Source: Caldisphaera sp. (GTDB lineage Archaea; Thermoproteota; Thermoprotei_A; Sulfolobales; Acidilobaceae). Taken from it: 64,000 nt of DNA. Where the stretch lies: contig JBMFKU010000005.1 in the NCBI GenBank assembly GCA_049971805.1, positions 1-64,000 on the forward strand, read 5' to 3'. Below, piece after piece: positions 1-11,862 of this stretch. The notes below the pieces were generated by a model. That model worked only from the letters and a program-made list of their open reading frames with translations. It was not told where the DNA came from and searched no databases. The position numbers and the translations under genes are program-made. Position 1 is the first letter of the stretch; each line of letters starts with the position of its first letter.

Positions 1-250
1 TTTATCTAGCATGAACCCACATTTCTCACACCTAAAAGTCCTACTACCTTTCGGAAAACCTATTCACATCTAGGCAGAACTTAGATGTGAAATGTGGGTT
101 AACCTCTTTTACAAGAGAGCCGTAAAGTGGTGCCTTATATTTTAACACGCTATTAATAGTCCTACAAACTTGAAACTTTTTTGAAAAGGAATCATTAGCA
201 TCTTTAAACATCTCTTGTTTGTTCAATTTTTCAACAGCATATAATGCTTT
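1..250 (-). pseudogene. tnpB: IS200/IS605-family TnpB C-terminal remnant (frameshifted, runs off left edge)
   Basis: Minus strand reads AVEKLNKQEMFKDANDS...VLKYKAPLYGSLVKEVNPHFTSK, then after a frameshift GSRTFRCEKCGFMLD. These match the RuvC-II and Zn-ribbon segments of crenarchaeal TnpB. No N-terminal half is present. Confidence 0.8.
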
Positions 251-256
251 TTATAA

Positions 257-610
257 CTAGTTAAGGCAATATTCTCCAGAAGTTAAGCTGGGCTCTTGTT
301 TTGCATAGTTAATTTCCATGTCATCTACTTTAACTTCAAGTTTATTATTAATGTTTTCTAATACTATGTCTATTATTTTATTGACAATACTATCAAATTC
401 TTCTAAATAGTTAAACTCTATTTCGTTTTTACCTATTTTAATTTTTGGTGTTTCATTATAAAATTCTAAATGACTTAAATGATTTTCTATGCTTACAAAG
501 ACCGTTGTAGAATAATTTTGTCTTAATATATCTGCCGCTTTCATTGCAGCTTTTATAGCCTTGTCGTCATCATATATACCTGATGAAACTATTATTGTAT
601 TCATAGGCAC
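257..610 (-). CDS. hypothetical protein
   Basis: 117-aa ORF with a GGGGTG ribosome-binding-like site at its start; no recognisable motif. Confidence 0.6.
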   Translation of the reverse strand: MPMNTIIVSSGIYDDDKAIKAAMKAADILRQNYSTTVFVSIENHLSHLEFYNETPKIKIGKNEIEFNYLEEFDSIVNKIIDIVLENINNKLEVKVDDMEINYAKQEPSLTSGEYCLN

Positions 611-926
611 ACCCCCTGAAGCGAAACTAACTATAGCTCACCAAATGTATTACAGTATAGTTTCTGTTATATATAGAAAAAGTCAGTATAACTTAGACTT
701 TTAATTTAAATTTATTCAATAAATGTGATGTTCCAGATAATAATTGGAAATACTTTATATGTAATGTATACTTTTGTGGCATTAAAATATTTACTTATTT
801 CAATTTAAAATTGTATAATTAATACAAGATAAGCAAGGAGTTTTAAGAAAAAATAATTAATAAAATGTTTAAATCTCTTTATTTGTTGCTTTTGAATTTT
901 ATATTATGAAACTTTAAATTAAAAAA

Positions 927-2222
927 TTAAATTAATAGATTAAGTATGTTAGTATATTTTCCATCGATTAAATCTAGGTTATAACCATATTGTACTTTTA
1001 AGTATTGTTTTCTAAATTCCTTGACTTCATCCTTTACTTTGTTTGTATCTTTCTTTTTAATAGCTACAGCCTCCATAAATTCAGCTATTTGATCCATCTC
1101 ATCTTCTTTCATTCCAAATCTGGTCATTTCTTGTACTCCTATTCTCAATCCACTTGGGTTTTGTACAGCATCGGGGGAATCATGAGGTAACAAATTTTTA
1201 TTTAATATAATATTGCTATCTTCTAATAATTTAGCTATTTTAGCTCCACCGCCTTGAGCTGAAACGTCAACTAAAACCTGGTGACTCATTGTATAATCTA
1301 AATGCTCTCCTAAAACCTTAAATCCTCTTTCAGCTAAAGAGGTAGCTAATTTCTTTGCATTTTTGGTTATTTGTTTTGCATATTCTTCTCCAAAATCTAT
1401 CATTTCTAATGCAGTTATTGCAGTCGCTGGCAGTCTATGCAGATGGTGATTACTTAAAAAATATGGAAATATAGTTTTTCCAACCTCTTTATATAATTCC
1501 TTATCTTTAAATGCTATAACCCCTCCTTGAGGACCTGGAAATGTTTTGTGAGTAGAAGAAGTAAGCACATCTGCTCCATAATCTAATGGATTTCTCCAAG
1601 CATTTCCAACTATTAAGCCTAAAACATGGGCAGAATCATAAACCAGCTTTCCATTTACTGCATGTATTGCCTCAGAGATCTCTTTTACTGGATGCGGAAA
1701 AAGGTAAACACTACCTCCTAGGACTGCAAATTTTGGTTTAACTTGCTCTATAATTTTTATTGCTCTATCTATGTCTACATTCATTCTTTCTTCATCATAT
1801 GGCAAATCTACCTGCTTTATACCTAAAGCTCCCAATGTACCAAACTTTGTATGACTTACATGGGCACCAGCTTGAACTGGTGCTATAACAGCTTCTTCAC
1901 CCGGTTGGGCTAATATTCTAAAAACAGATGCATTAGCTATAGTTCCGCTCAATGGTCTAATATCAACCATATCTATATGCAACAACTTGCCCATTAATTC
2001 GTTTGCCATTACTTCAAGTTCATCAGAGTACTTTGTGCCTTGGTAATATCTTTTAAAGGGTTTTCCTTCAGCATATCTGTGCATGAAATCGCTCATATAA
2101 ACAGTTAATGCTAATGGACTCATTACATTTTCGCTAGCTATTAAGTTAATTGTTTCTTTTAATCTCCACTTATTTTGTAAATCAGTTAATTCCAAAATTT
2201 TATCAATAAGCTCTCTGTTCAT
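927..2222 (-). CDS. glyA: serine hydroxymethyltransferase
   Basis: [22 protein letters not shown] (PLP lysine) and SGLRIG motifs. Confidence 0.97.
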   Translation of the reverse strand: MNRELIDKILELTDLQNKWRLKETINLIASENVMSPLALTVYMSDFMHRYAEGKPFKRYYQGTKYSDELEVMANELMGKLLHIDMVDIRPLSGTIANASVFRILAQPGEEAVIAPVQAGAHVSHTKFGTLGALGIKQVDLPYDEERMNVDIDRAIKIIEQVKPKFAVLGGSVYLFPHPVKEISEAIHAVNGKLVYDSAHVLGLIVGNAWRNPLDYGADVLTSSTHKTFPGPQGGVIAFKDKELYKEVGKTIFPYFLSNHHLHRLPATAITALEMIDFGEEYAKQITKNAKKLATSLAERGFKVLGEHLDYTMSHQVLVDVSAQGGGAKIAKLLEDSNIILNKNLLPHDSPDAVQNPSGLRIGVQEMTRFGMKEDEMDQIAEFMEAVAIKKKDTNKVKDEVKEFRKQYLKVQYGYNLDLIDGKYTNILNLLI

Positions 2223-2419
2223 AATCCCGCCTGTCTAAATCTAATATATTCCTAGATTAAAATGCTTTTTATTGTTCAATGTTTAAAAAATTAAAAAGCA
2301 TTATTTTCCATTAGAACCCTAAAATATTAATATAAGTTAGCTCCTCACTGCCTTAAATGTGAACTATTCGGCTGTAGAACAAAAAAGAATTGCCGGGAAA
2401 TATTAGTAAAGTAATTTGA

Positions 2420-2493
2420 GGGCCCGTAGTCTAGCTGGTTAGGACGCCGCCCTCACACGGCGGAGGTCGCGGGTTCAAGCCCCGCCGGGCCCA
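2420..2493 (+). tRNA. tRNA-Val(CAC), no intron, CCA not encoded
   Basis: GGGCCCG/CGGGCCC acceptor stem, anticodon arm CCGCC-CTCACAC-GGCGG, T-loop GGTTCAAG. Confidence 0.96.
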
Positions 2494-2705
2494 CACTTAA
2501 AAGCTTCATAATGTGTTATATGAAATACAACAAAATGCTAAAAAGTTTACGAGCTAATACATAGTAATTTCATATAGGAATCTATAAGTTCTCTTAGAGG
2601 AATATAAAATCATGAAAATACAAGAAAGCCGCTAACAAAACTAAATAATCTCAAAAATCTTTATATATCTAGTTCGAATCTTTAGTCCTAAAGGAGGGTA
2701 TAGAA

Positions 2706-3143
2706 GTGGTAACAGTTAGAGAGGTTCCAGCAGATAAATTAATAACTAAGTTAGCAGAGAAGCTCAAAGAAATCCAAAAAATTGAACCGCCTGCTTGGGC
2801 ACCATATGTAAAAACAGGTATATTCAATGAAAAACCACCAGTAAATACAGATTGGTGGTATACAAGAACTGCATCAATTCTAAGAAAAATTAGTTTGGCG
2901 GAAGAGCCTCTAGGAATTGGTACATTGAAAACAATATATGGGGGAAAAAAAAGAAATGGTACAAGACCTCCTTATTTTATAAAAGGTTCTGGCAGTATAA
3001 TAAGAAAGGCTTTACAGCAACTAGAACAAGCAGGTTTAGTAACTACAATACCAGGTAAAGGAAGAAAGTTAACAGGCAAGGGGCAGAGCTTAATAGACGA
3101 AGTCTCTAAGGAAGTTTTAAAAGAGCTAACTGCTAATGCTTAA
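2706..3143 (+). CDS. rps19e: 30S ribosomal protein S19e
   Basis: VREVPAD, PxWAxYVKTG, WWYxRxASILRK and GSIIRKALQQLE motifs. Confidence 0.96.
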   Translation: MVTVREVPADKLITKLAEKLKEIQKIEPPAWAPYVKTGIFNEKPPVNTDWWYTRTASILRKISLAEEPLGIGTLKTIYGGKKRNGTRPPYFIKGSGSIIRKALQQLEQAGLVTTIPGKGRKLTGKGQSLIDEVSKEVLKELTANA

Positions 3144-3681
3144 TTTTATTACTTAACATCTCAGCATAGGTGCTTGGTATAACAGTGCCTTTAATCGCCA
3201 ATTTATTTAGTGCATCTTTTATTTCGTTTTCACTTCCATTTTTCGACTCTACCTCAATAAAACAGCCTAAATTATCAACCCTATCTAATGTTATCTCAAC
3301 ATCATCAAAATCATAATATTTTCTTCTTTTCTTTACCTGTATTGATATACTGAATCCCAACTTATTAAGCAATGGTATGGGATCGCTTTTTACATTAACT
3401 ATTATCTCTTCCCTTGACTTTACTGGATTGTTTTTATTTCCTCTATTTCCTTTATATGTAATTGTTTCTGGGATTCCATCAACATATCTTATTCTTAAAG
3501 CCTCATCGCTAAACTTCATGTCCTTGCACGGGTGATTCAAATACAAATCAATTTCTTCTCTTTCTCTTATAAATCTTGCATTAAATTTTCTAAGCATATT
3601 TTCTATATTTTCTAATTCTTGGCATTTGATCTCTATTTTGATTTCAACCTCTAGATTTTTGCTTCCCAAATCTAACGCCAT
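3133..3681 (-). CDS. cyaB: CYTH-domain protein (class IV adenylate cyclase-like / triphosphate tunnel metalloenzyme)
   Basis: N-terminal EVEIK, DEALRIR, KRR..Y and LDRVDNLGCFIEVE. Confidence 0.88.
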   Translation of the reverse strand: MALDLGSKNLEVEIKIEIKCQELENIENMLRKFNARFIREREEIDLYLNHPCKDMKFSDEALRIRYVDGIPETITYKGNRGNKNNPVKSREEIIVNVKSDPIPLLNKLGFSISIQVKKRRKYYDFDDVEITLDRVDNLGCFIEVESKNGSENEIKDALNKLAIKGTVIPSTYAEMLSNKIKH

Positions 3682-3768
3682 TATTTATATAAAAATGCTA
3701 AGGATTAATAAATTATTATTTCAAGAAAATAATTATTGTATTTTAAAGAAAAAGTCTAAAAAATACTT

Positions 3769-5958
3769 TTACTGAAGGGATATCTTTTTGAGTTGATTCG
3801 AAATTTTTTCATACATCATTATAACATCTTTTGTTAAGCTTGGTGGAACCTTCTTTAAAGCCAATTCAAAATGCCTAAACTCGACAGGAGATACTTCTAG
3901 CTTCTCTCTCAGCTTTAACATAACAGCCTCTCTTACCACAGCTGCAATATCAGCACCCGTATAGCCATCTGTGACAGATGCTAGCTTATCGATAGATACA
4001 TCATTAGCTAGTGGAACCTTCTTTAAGTGTATCTTAAATATTTGTTTTCTTGATTCGAGATCTGGTGGAGGTACATATATAAGCCTATCAAATCTACCTG
4101 GTCTTAATAACGCTGGATCAATTATGTCTGGTCTATTACTAGCTGCTATAACCACAACATTTGACAAAGGTATTATACCATCTATCTCTGTCAATAATTG
4201 ATTAACTATCCTATCGGTGACTCCTGATGTATCGCTCTTGAACCCTCTTGCTGGCGCAATAGAGTCTATTTCATCAAAAAACACAACAGTTGGCGCAACC
4301 TCTCTAGCTCTTTCAAATATTTTTCTTACAGCCTTTTCGCTTTCTCCTACCCACTTACTTAATACTTCTGGACCCCTTATTGTTATGAAGTTTGCCCCGC
4401 TTTCTGTTGCAACTGCCTTTGCGAGCAATGTCTTCCCAGTACCTGGAGGACCGTATAATAAGATACCCTTTGGAGGCTCAATACCCATATCACTAAAAAC
4501 CTTTGGATACCTTATAGGCCATTCCACCGATTCCTTCAATTCTTGCTTTACATTCTCTAAACCTCCAATATCTTCCCAGTGAACCTCTGGAATTTCTACA
4601 AAAATTTCTCTAATTAACGATGGCCTAATTGATTTCATAGCATCTGTAAAGTGCTTCATTGAAACTTCAAGGCTTTTTAGTATATCAGGCTTTATTGCTT
4701 CGCTTTTAGACAAATCAGCCTTGCCGCTTGCCATAAATTCCCTTAAAGCAGACATAGCTGCCTCCTTTACTAAAGCCGCTAAGTCTGCACCAGTATAACC
4801 ATTTGTTAACTCTGCTATTTTTTCTAATTGTACGTCTTTAGATAATGGTACATTTCTTGTATGCACCTTTAGAATCTCTATTCTAGCCTTCTTATCAGGT
4901 GGTCTTATCTCTATTTCTCTATCAAATCTACCTGGTCTTCTTAATGCTGGATCCAAATCATCTGGTCTGTTTGTTGCTCCAATTACTATAACTCTTCCCC
5001 TTTCCTGCATCCCATCCATTAATGTTAAAAGCTGTGCAACAACTCTTTTTTCAACCTCTCCTGTTACTTCTTCTCTTTTTGGAGCTACTGCATCAATTTC
5101 ATCAATAAATATTATTGATGGAGCATTATCTTGAGCTTCTTTAAATACTTCTCTTAACCTTTCTTCGCTTTCTCCATAAAACTTGCTCATTATTTCTGGA
5201 CCATTTATAGTTGAAAAATATGCTCCTATTTCATTTGCTAAAGCCTTTGCGAGCAATGTCTTCCCAGTACCTGGAGGACCGTATAATAAGATACCCTTTG
5301 GAGGCTCAATACCTAATCTTTTAAACACTTCAGGATGCCTCATTGGTAACTCAGCTATTTCTCTTATCCTCTCCTTTGCTTCTTCTAAATCACCAATATC
5401 TTCCCATGTAACTCTTGTAGTTCTGTGAATTGGAAATTCATTTTCTTTAACAGGCTCTCTTCTTAACTCAATAGCCGTTTTATCGGTAACATAAACAATT
5501 TCAGCAGGCTTTGTTTGAACAACAACTAATGGGACTTCCCCTTGAACCAATACCATTTCCCCTTGAGACAATGGTTTTCTTATAAATTCTTCTTTTATGT
5601 CTGAAGGTGATAAATAGAAATCGATTGTAAATGGCTCTGTTTGTTCTAACGGAGCAAAAATTATTCTTTCAGCCGGTCTAACATTTTCAGCCTTTTCTAC
5701 TTCTACATAATCTCCAATACTTACTCCTAAAGACCACCTTAAATAACCATCCATTCTTATTATTCCTGTATTTTCATCCTCTGAATGCAATGGCCAAACA
5801 ACTGCTATTACCTGACCTTTGGTTCCTTTTACTTTTACAAAGTCTCCTGTTTCAATACCTAATTTTTCCATAGTAGATTGATCTAATCTTACGATTTTTC
5901 TACCTGGAGTATCTGTTCTATAAGCCTCTGACACCATAAGCGATATACTTTCAGACAT
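3769..5958 (-). CDS. cdc48: CDC48/VAT-family AAA+ ATPase, paralogue 1
   Basis: N-domain plus two AAA modules ([18 protein letters not shown]). Probable start is the ATG at 5958; the ORF track extends to 5970. Confidence 0.96.
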   Translation of the reverse strand: MSESISLMVSEAYRTDTPGRKIVRLDQSTMEKLGIETGDFVKVKGTKGQVIAVVWPLHSEDENTGIIRMDGYLRWSLGVSIGDYVEVEKAENVRPAERIIFAPLEQTEPFTIDFYLSPSDIKEEFIRKPLSQGEMVLVQGEVPLVVVQTKPAEIVYVTDKTAIELRREPVKENEFPIHRTTRVTWEDIGDLEEAKERIREIAELPMRHPEVFKRLGIEPPKGILLYGPPGTGKTLLAKALANEIGAYFSTINGPEIMSKFYGESEERLREVFKEAQDNAPSIIFIDEIDAVAPKREEVTGEVEKRVVAQLLTLMDGMQERGRVIVIGATNRPDDLDPALRRPGRFDREIEIRPPDKKARIEILKVHTRNVPLSKDVQLEKIAELTNGYTGADLAALVKEAAMSALREFMASGKADLSKSEAIKPDILKSLEVSMKHFTDAMKSIRPSLIREIFVEIPEVHWEDIGGLENVKQELKESVEWPIRYPKVFSDMGIEPPKGILLYGPPGTGKTLLAKAVATESGANFITIRGPEVLSKWVGESEKAVRKIFERAREVAPTVVFFDEIDSIAPARGFKSDTSGVTDRIVNQLLTEIDGIIPLSNVVVIAASNRPDIIDPALLRPGRFDRLIYVPPPDLESRKQIFKIHLKKVPLANDVSIDKLASVTDGYTGADIAAVVREAVMLKLREKLEVSPVEFRHFELALKKVPPSLTKDVIMMYEKISNQLKKISLQ

Positions 5959-6170
5959 TTTTAGACACAATTTTTCTAATATTGTCTACAGGCTAAAAAA
6001 TATACTATATATATTTGAATATGCAACAATCTTTTTATGGTCATGCTCTTTTTATTATTTATTTGTGGGATAATAAGAGAAAATAAATACAAAAAAGCTA
6101 ATCTTTTTCAAACATAATTTATATAAATTTATGGCGAGAAGATCTTAACTGAAACCAATGAGGGGGAAAA

Positions 6171-8321
6171 ATGCAGAAAAGCTCAATCGATATATTTTTC
6201 GAACCAAAATCAATAGCAATAATAGGAGCATCGCCAAGAGAAGGCAACATGGGAAGGGTTATTTTAGAAAACCTAAAAAAGAATTTTAAAGAAAAGATAT
6301 TTGTTGTTAACCCAAAATATGAAGATGTGTTAAACATAAAATCTTATAGTTCATTAAATGATATAAAAGACGATATAGATGTAGCAATAATAGCCGTTGA
6401 TGCATCAAAAACTTTAGATATTATGAAAGATGTTGCAGAGAAGAAAGTCAAAGGTGTTATAATTATTAGTGGAGGTTTCGCAGAAACTGATAGCGAAGAG
6501 GGTATTAGAGTACAGAATGAAGTAAAGGATTTTGCCGAAAAAAATGGAATAAGAGTTTTAGGACCAAATTGCATAGGAGTTTACAATGCTCATAATGGGA
6601 TAGATACATTTTTCTTACCCTATGAAAGAATGAGAAGGCCTAAAAAAGGACCTATATCTATAATAAGCCAAAGTGGGGCACTATTAGCTACATTAATGGA
6701 TTGGGCTGCATCAAAAAATATAAAAATTGGTAAAGCCATAAATTTTGGTAATAAAATAGATGTTGATGAAATCGAATCAATGGAATATTTTGGAAAGGAT
6801 AACGAGACAAGAGTTATTTTAATGTACTTAGAAGGCATAAATCCAGGTAAAGGGCGTGATTTTATAGAAACAGCAAGGAGGGTTACAAGCATATACAAAA
6901 AACCAATAATATTAATAAAAGGCGGAAAAACTTCTAATGGCGCTAAGGCTGCAAAAAGCCATACAGCATCTTTAGCTGGTTCCTATGATGTTTTTAAGGC
7001 TGCCGCTAAACAAGCTAATATAATAATTGCAGATGATTTGGAAGAGTTGTTTGATATAGCAAGAGTTATGTCTTTTAACATAATACCATTAGGAAATAGA
7101 GTTGGAATTATAACAAATTCTGGAGGTCATGGGGTAATAGCATCTGATAAATTAGCTGAATATGGACTCATAGTACCTGAATTATCAGACAATACAAAAA
7201 AAGAGCTACGGAAAATATTTCCATTAAGGGTATCACTTCACAATCCGGTAGACTTTACTGGAGATGCTACACCCCAACACTATGAAAAAGTTCTAGAAAT
7301 GATGGTTAAAAACGATGAAGCTGATATGTTTTTAATAATAGCATTATTGCAACCTTCTACGATGGATTTATCCATAGCTAATATTATAAGTAATTTTACC
7401 AAAAAACATTTTGAAAGGCCAATTGCTGTTGTAACTATAGGTGCAGAGCATGGAGAAAAACTCAAAGAATTGCTAGAAAATGAGGGTATTCCAACATTTG
7501 AGTTTCCAGACAGAGCTTCAAAGGCTTTAGCTATGATGAGCAAATGCATAAAATGCTCTGGAAAATCCTTTGAATCATGTAAAAAGGAAGAACTGCAAAA
7601 AGATGCAATACTAGAAACAAAAAAAATTGTTGAAAAGGCTATAAATGAAGATAGGATGAAATTATTTGAAGACGAAGCATTAAGAATACTTAATATAAAT
7701 GAGATTGAAACACCTAATTATTGTGTTGCACATAACACAGACCAGCTAATACAATGCAAAGATATCATAAAGTACCCTGTTGCAATGAAGATAATAAGCC
7801 CTGATATTATACACAAAACAGATGTTGGTGGTGTCATATTAAATGTAGAAGATGATAATAGGCTAATCGATGGCTATTATAAATTGATTAAAAATGTAAA
7901 AAACAATTTACCAAAGGCCAGAATTAATGGAGTTCTTATACAAGAAATAGTTAAAAATGGTCAGGAGATTATTATAGGAGGAAAGCGCGATCTCGCTTTC
8001 GGCCCAGTGGTGCTGTTTGGTTTAGGTGGAATATATACCGAGGTATTGGGCGATGTGTCTATGAGAATTGCACCAATAGATAGTTGCGATGCAAAAGAAA
8101 TGATAGAAGAAATAAAAAGCATAAAAATTTTAGAGGGATATAGGGGCTTAGAGCCTGTAGACAAAAATGCGCTCGCTCTAGCTATAATGAGGGTGGGCGA
8201 ACTGATGATAAACATCCCAGAAATAACTGAGATGGATATAAACCCCGTTATAGCTAATAAAAAAGGAGCGTTAGCCGTGGATGCACGCATAATAATAAAT
8301 AGAGGTGGTTTGATTGGTTGA
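6171..8321 (+). CDS. ADP-forming acetate/acyl-CoA synthetase, alpha-beta fused
   Basis: CoA-binding IIGAS, GPNCIG, ISQSG, SHTASLAG phospho-His motif; C-terminal ATP-grasp (HKTDVGGV, DINP). Confidence 0.93.
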   Translation: MQKSSIDIFFEPKSIAIIGASPREGNMGRVILENLKKNFKEKIFVVNPKYEDVLNIKSYSSLNDIKDDIDVAIIAVDASKTLDIMKDVAEKKVKGVIIISGGFAETDSEEGIRVQNEVKDFAEKNGIRVLGPNCIGVYNAHNGIDTFFLPYERMRRPKKGPISIISQSGALLATLMDWAASKNIKIGKAINFGNKIDVDEIESMEYFGKDNETRVILMYLEGINPGKGRDFIETARRVTSIYKKPIILIKGGKTSNGAKAAKSHTASLAGSYDVFKAAAKQANIIIADDLEELFDIARVMSFNIIPLGNRVGIITNSGGHGVIASDKLAEYGLIVPELSDNTKKELRKIFPLRVSLHNPVDFTGDATPQHYEKVLEMMVKNDEADMFLIIALLQPSTMDLSIANIISNFTKKHFERPIAVVTIGAEHGEKLKELLENEGIPTFEFPDRASKALAMMSKCIKCSGKSFESCKKEELQKDAILETKKIVEKAINEDRMKLFEDEALRILNINEIETPNYCVAHNTDQLIQCKDIIKYPVAMKIISPDIIHKTDVGGVILNVEDDNRLIDGYYKLIKNVKNNLPKARINGVLIQEIVKNGQEIIIGGKRDLAFGPVVLFGLGGIYTEVLGDVSMRIAPIDSCDAKEMIEEIKSIKILEGYRGLEPVDKNALALAIMRVGELMINIPEITEMDINPVIANKKGALAVDARIIINRGGLIG

Positions 8322-9231
8322 TCAAGGTCAAGGACAACAAAACTCTCAAATAACTCAAAAAGAGGTTGATGAGGAGTCTTTTTTAAAACATATAGATGAG
8401 ATAAAAGATAAAATTATAGAAATAAAAAATCAGAGATCTCAGTTAATAGATGAGATAAAATCATTAAGAGATAAAAGAAGACAATTAATAGAAGAAAAGA
8501 AAAAGCTAGTAGATAGATTGATTAATTTAAGGGAGGAAAGGAAGAAGTTGCTAGATGAACTGGTAAAGGCAAAACAAGATAGAGAGACAGCAAGTAAAGA
8601 ATTTAAAACAAAATTAGATCAACTAAAAGTAGCACATCAATTAACTCAAAAAGAAGGAGATTTTGCAAAGCTGAGCTTAAGGAGAATACAAAAGAGAATG
8701 GAAGAGTTAGAATGGAGACAACAAACCAGTGTGCTAACCCCAGAAGAAGAAAAGAGATTGGTAGAAGAAATAGATAAGCTAGAAGAGCTAGCAGAAAGGG
8801 TAAGAAAAGCTAGAGAAGAAGAGGTCTCAGTTTTAGAATTAGAAGCTGATGTTAAAGGGCTAAAGCTAAAGCTTACAGAAGCAATAAATAAAGTTAAAGA
8901 GCTAAGAGAGAAGATTGGCAGACTAAAAGGAGAAATATCTTCATTAACTCCAAAGATTGATGAATATAATAAAAATATTGATTCATTAGCTGCTCAAATC
9001 CAACAAAAGAGCCAAGATATAGAAAGCCTAAGCAAACAACTAGACGCCTTATACCAAGAATATAGAGATCATATGGTAAAATTAAAAGAAATGAAGTTAG
9101 CGAAACAGCACGGAATTCAAGTTAATATATTAGAGCAAAAGAGAAAAGAAATTGAAGAAAAGCAAAAGAAAGGCGAAGCATTAACTCTCGATGAGCTCAG
9201 GATATTATATGGTGATTTAGATAGTATATAA
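8314..9231 (+). CDS. archaeal long coiled-coil protein
   Basis: E/K/L heptad pattern throughout; LEWRQQTSVLTPEEEKRLVEEI and C-terminal GEALTLDELR are typical of conserved archaeal coiled-coil proteins. Confidence 0.8.
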   Translation: MVDQGQGQQNSQITQKEVDEESFLKHIDEIKDKIIEIKNQRSQLIDEIKSLRDKRRQLIEEKKKLVDRLINLREERKKLLDELVKAKQDRETASKEFKTKLDQLKVAHQLTQKEGDFAKLSLRRIQKRMEELEWRQQTSVLTPEEEKRLVEEIDKLEELAERVRKAREEEVSVLELEADVKGLKLKLTEAINKVKELREKIGRLKGEISSLTPKIDEYNKNIDSLAAQIQQKSQDIESLSKQLDALYQEYRDHMVKLKEMKLAKQHGIQVNILEQKRKEIEEKQKKGEALTLDELRILYGDLDSI

Positions 9232-9238
9232 TAAAGAA

Positions 9239-9811
9239 ATGAAAAAAGGAATTTACTACGAGTTTATAGCATTTTTGTGCGACAAAGCCTATGCTATGCC
9301 TTTGGGAATTTTATATTATGATAAACCAATTTTTTATGTTTATAAATCTACCACAATGGCAAAACTTTTAAATTTAAACAAAGATACCAGTAATAGCATC
9401 TATTTATTGTCACCAAATGATCCAACTCTTTTCTTAGAAAGCTTAGAACATAGAATAGAGAATAGAATAATCCATAACAATAAATGCTTAGATTTTGATG
9501 ATAAACTGGGGTCTTGGTATTATTGCAATTCATACATAAATAAAGATCATTGCGATAAATACGAGTTCTATTGCGATAATTTCTATAAAATAAAGGGAGA
9601 AAATATACCTTATAGCAGAAGCTACGGCTGCTTAATTGAATTATTGATTTTATTAACAAAAGTAAAAGCAGGAATAAAAGAACAGTGGTTTTTAAACTAC
9701 GCTAGCGGGCTTAAATGGTGTGTAGAAAGATCATCTAATAAGGATGAAAAATATGTTGAATTATCAGAAAAGCTATTGCAGATGCTTAGAAAACATCTTG
9801 AAGAGAGCTGA
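9239..9811 (+). CDS. DUF447-like protein
   Basis: AMPLGI...VYKSTT in the N-terminal part and YSRSYGCLIELLI resemble DUF447. Confidence 0.55.
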   Translation: MKKGIYYEFIAFLCDKAYAMPLGILYYDKPIFYVYKSTTMAKLLNLNKDTSNSIYLLSPNDPTLFLESLEHRIENRIIHNNKCLDFDDKLGSWYYCNSYINKDHCDKYEFYCDNFYKIKGENIPYSRSYGCLIELLILLTKVKAGIKEQWFLNYASGLKWCVERSSNKDEKYVELSEKLLQMLRKHLEES

Positions 9812-10508
9812 GAAGATTTTAAATGGATATAGCGACATAGTTGAACCGGTACTTAAATATCCAAGACATAGAGAACTTGAATCATCTATGGAGATATTAC
9901 CAGAAATTTGCGAAAATTATTTTTGTAGCAAATTATGCGAATTATATCAAAAAATCAATAACAAGAAAATATGTATTATAGGTCCTGGAAAAATAAATAA
10001 TGTGCATTTGAACAACTGCAAGTTAATTGCGGGTCCTGAAGGAGGTTTGATAAATACTCTATCATTAGGTTTAAAAATGCTGTTTGTTACTACGGATCTT
10101 GATTCCTCTCAAAAACTTGTAAATAGCATTTATTATTTAAGCAATATAAGATTTATACATGTACATGGAGATAATTTGACTAGATTAAAATTACAAAAAT
10201 TTTTTGATGAAAACACCATATTTACTACCCAAGTTCTCACCCCATATTGCGCATTACCAGTTGGATCATTTACTGATGGAGATAGAGCAATAGCAATATC
10301 TATGCTTTTTAACGCCTCAAGAATTTACATTTATGGATTTAATTTTAATGAGTCTTTATGCCTACACAAGGACTACTGCTATTCTGACTATAAAAAAACA
10401 AAGCTATTTTTATCTAAAAAAATTTTATTATATATCTCTAAAACCCTTAAATATAAAATTAAAGAAGATAAGAAAAATGGCATTTTTTATATAAAATCTA
10501 TAGATTAA
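9744..10508 (+). CDS. 6-hydroxymethylpterin diphosphokinase MptE-like (DUF115)
   Basis: VTTDLD, IHVHGDN, GSFTDGDRA and IYGFNF motifs. True start uncertain because it overlaps the upstream gene. Confidence 0.8.
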   Translation: MKNMLNYQKSYCRCLENILKRAEKILNGYSDIVEPVLKYPRHRELESSMEILPEICENYFCSKLCELYQKINNKKICIIGPGKINNVHLNNCKLIAGPEGGLINTLSLGLKMLFVTTDLDSSQKLVNSIYYLSNIRFIHVHGDNLTRLKLQKFFDENTIFTTQVLTPYCALPVGSFTDGDRAIAISMLFNASRIYIYGFNFNESLCLHKDYCYSDYKKTKLFLSKKILLYISKTLKYKIKEDKKNGIFYIKSID

Positions 10509-10590
10509 AAATTAAAATTATGTTTTAACAAATTTTGCAGAATTTAATTATTTATCCTCAAAAAATAATAGTTACAACAAGGAATGGGAG

Positions 10591-11859
10591 ATGCAAAAAA
10601 TAAGAATGAAAGGATTTAAGGAATTGACAACAATTAATAATGCTCTCAAAATGGTTTTAGAAAACATTTTACCTCCAAAAATTGATTCAGAGATAGTTTA
10701 CGTAGAAGAAAGTGCGTATAGAATATCTTATGAAGACATAGTTTCAGAAATCGATGTACCACCTTTTGATAGAAGTGCTGTTGATGGATATGCAGTAATA
10801 TCATCTGATACATTAAGCGCATCTATAACTAACCCTATTAGCCTAAAAATTGTAGGAGAAATACAGGCTGGAATTAATATTAAAGAAATTTCTGCGATAA
10901 ATCATGGAGAAGCTGCTATCATATATACAGGTGCTCCTCTTCCTTTAAATTCAGATGCAGTTGTTATGGCAGAAGATGCGAACTATAAAGAAAATTTTGT
11001 TGAAATAACAAAATCAGTTAGCCCTTATCAAAACGTATCTAAAAAAGGAGAGGATTTCAATAAAAACAAAAAAATAATCAGCAAAAACACATTAATTAAA
11101 CCATGGCATATTGGTGCACTGGTATCTGCTGGAATTAAAAAAATAAAAGTTCAAAGGCCTTTAAAGGTTGCTATTTTATCTACAGGTAATGAAATAACAG
11201 AAGCAAGAGATTATGAAAATTACAAAGTAATTAATAGCACGAAACCCATGCTCAAGTCTTTGATAAGCTCTATTGGTTGCCAAACAATAGATTTAGGCAC
11301 AGTAAATGATGACGTAAATCTGATAGCTGAAAGAATAAATTTCGGTTTAAAAATATCAGATATGATTATTACAACAGGAGGAACAAGTATAGGCAATTAT
11401 GATCTTGTTTCTGACGCAGTTGAAAAAATAAACGATTCTAAAATACTCTTCAGTGGTGTTAGAATGAGACCTGGTAAGCCGACAAGTGCAGCAATTGCAA
11501 ATAGAAAACCAATATTTATGGTATCAGGATTTCCAGTTGCAGCACTAGCAGCTTTTTTATCTTTTATTTCTCCAACAATAAACTTTATGAGAAATACAAA
11601 GGAAGAACCTATGCCTATAATTAAAGGAAAAATAACAAGGAGGATAGCAAACATAGCAGGAGTGAAAACATATTTGAGGGTTAAAATATATAGAAAAGAT
11701 GGCTCTACATATGTAGAGCCATTAGCCATAACTGCCTCAGGCGTACTTTCAACATTAACTGAAGCAAATGGATTGTTAATTATGAACGAAAATATAGAAG
11801 GATATGATTTAGGCGATGAAGTAGAAGCTGTTGCAATATCACCCATTATTGATCTTTAA
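10591..11859 (+). CDS. moeA: molybdopterin molybdenumtransferase
   Basis: PPFDRSAVDGYA, ITTGGTS, RPGKP and GFPVAA. Confidence 0.95.
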   Translation: MQKIRMKGFKELTTINNALKMVLENILPPKIDSEIVYVEESAYRISYEDIVSEIDVPPFDRSAVDGYAVISSDTLSASITNPISLKIVGEIQAGINIKEISAINHGEAAIIYTGAPLPLNSDAVVMAEDANYKENFVEITKSVSPYQNVSKKGEDFNKNKKIISKNTLIKPWHIGALVSAGIKKIKVQRPLKVAILSTGNEITEARDYENYKVINSTKPMLKSLISSIGCQTIDLGTVNDDVNLIAERINFGLKISDMIITTGGTSIGNYDLVSDAVEKINDSKILFSGVRMRPGKPTSAAIANRKPIFMVSGFPVAALAAFLSFISPTINFMRNTKEEPMPIIKGKITRRIANIAGVKTYLRVKIYRKDGSTYVEPLAITASGVLSTLTEANGLLIMNENIEGYDLGDEVEAVAISPIIDL

Positions 11860-11862
11860 GAT

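Noticed and set aside
3971-8290. Many antisense ORFs over cdc48 and the acyl-CoA synthetase, and similar ones across the window
   Set aside because: They are shadow frames of well-supported genes with no motifs of their own.
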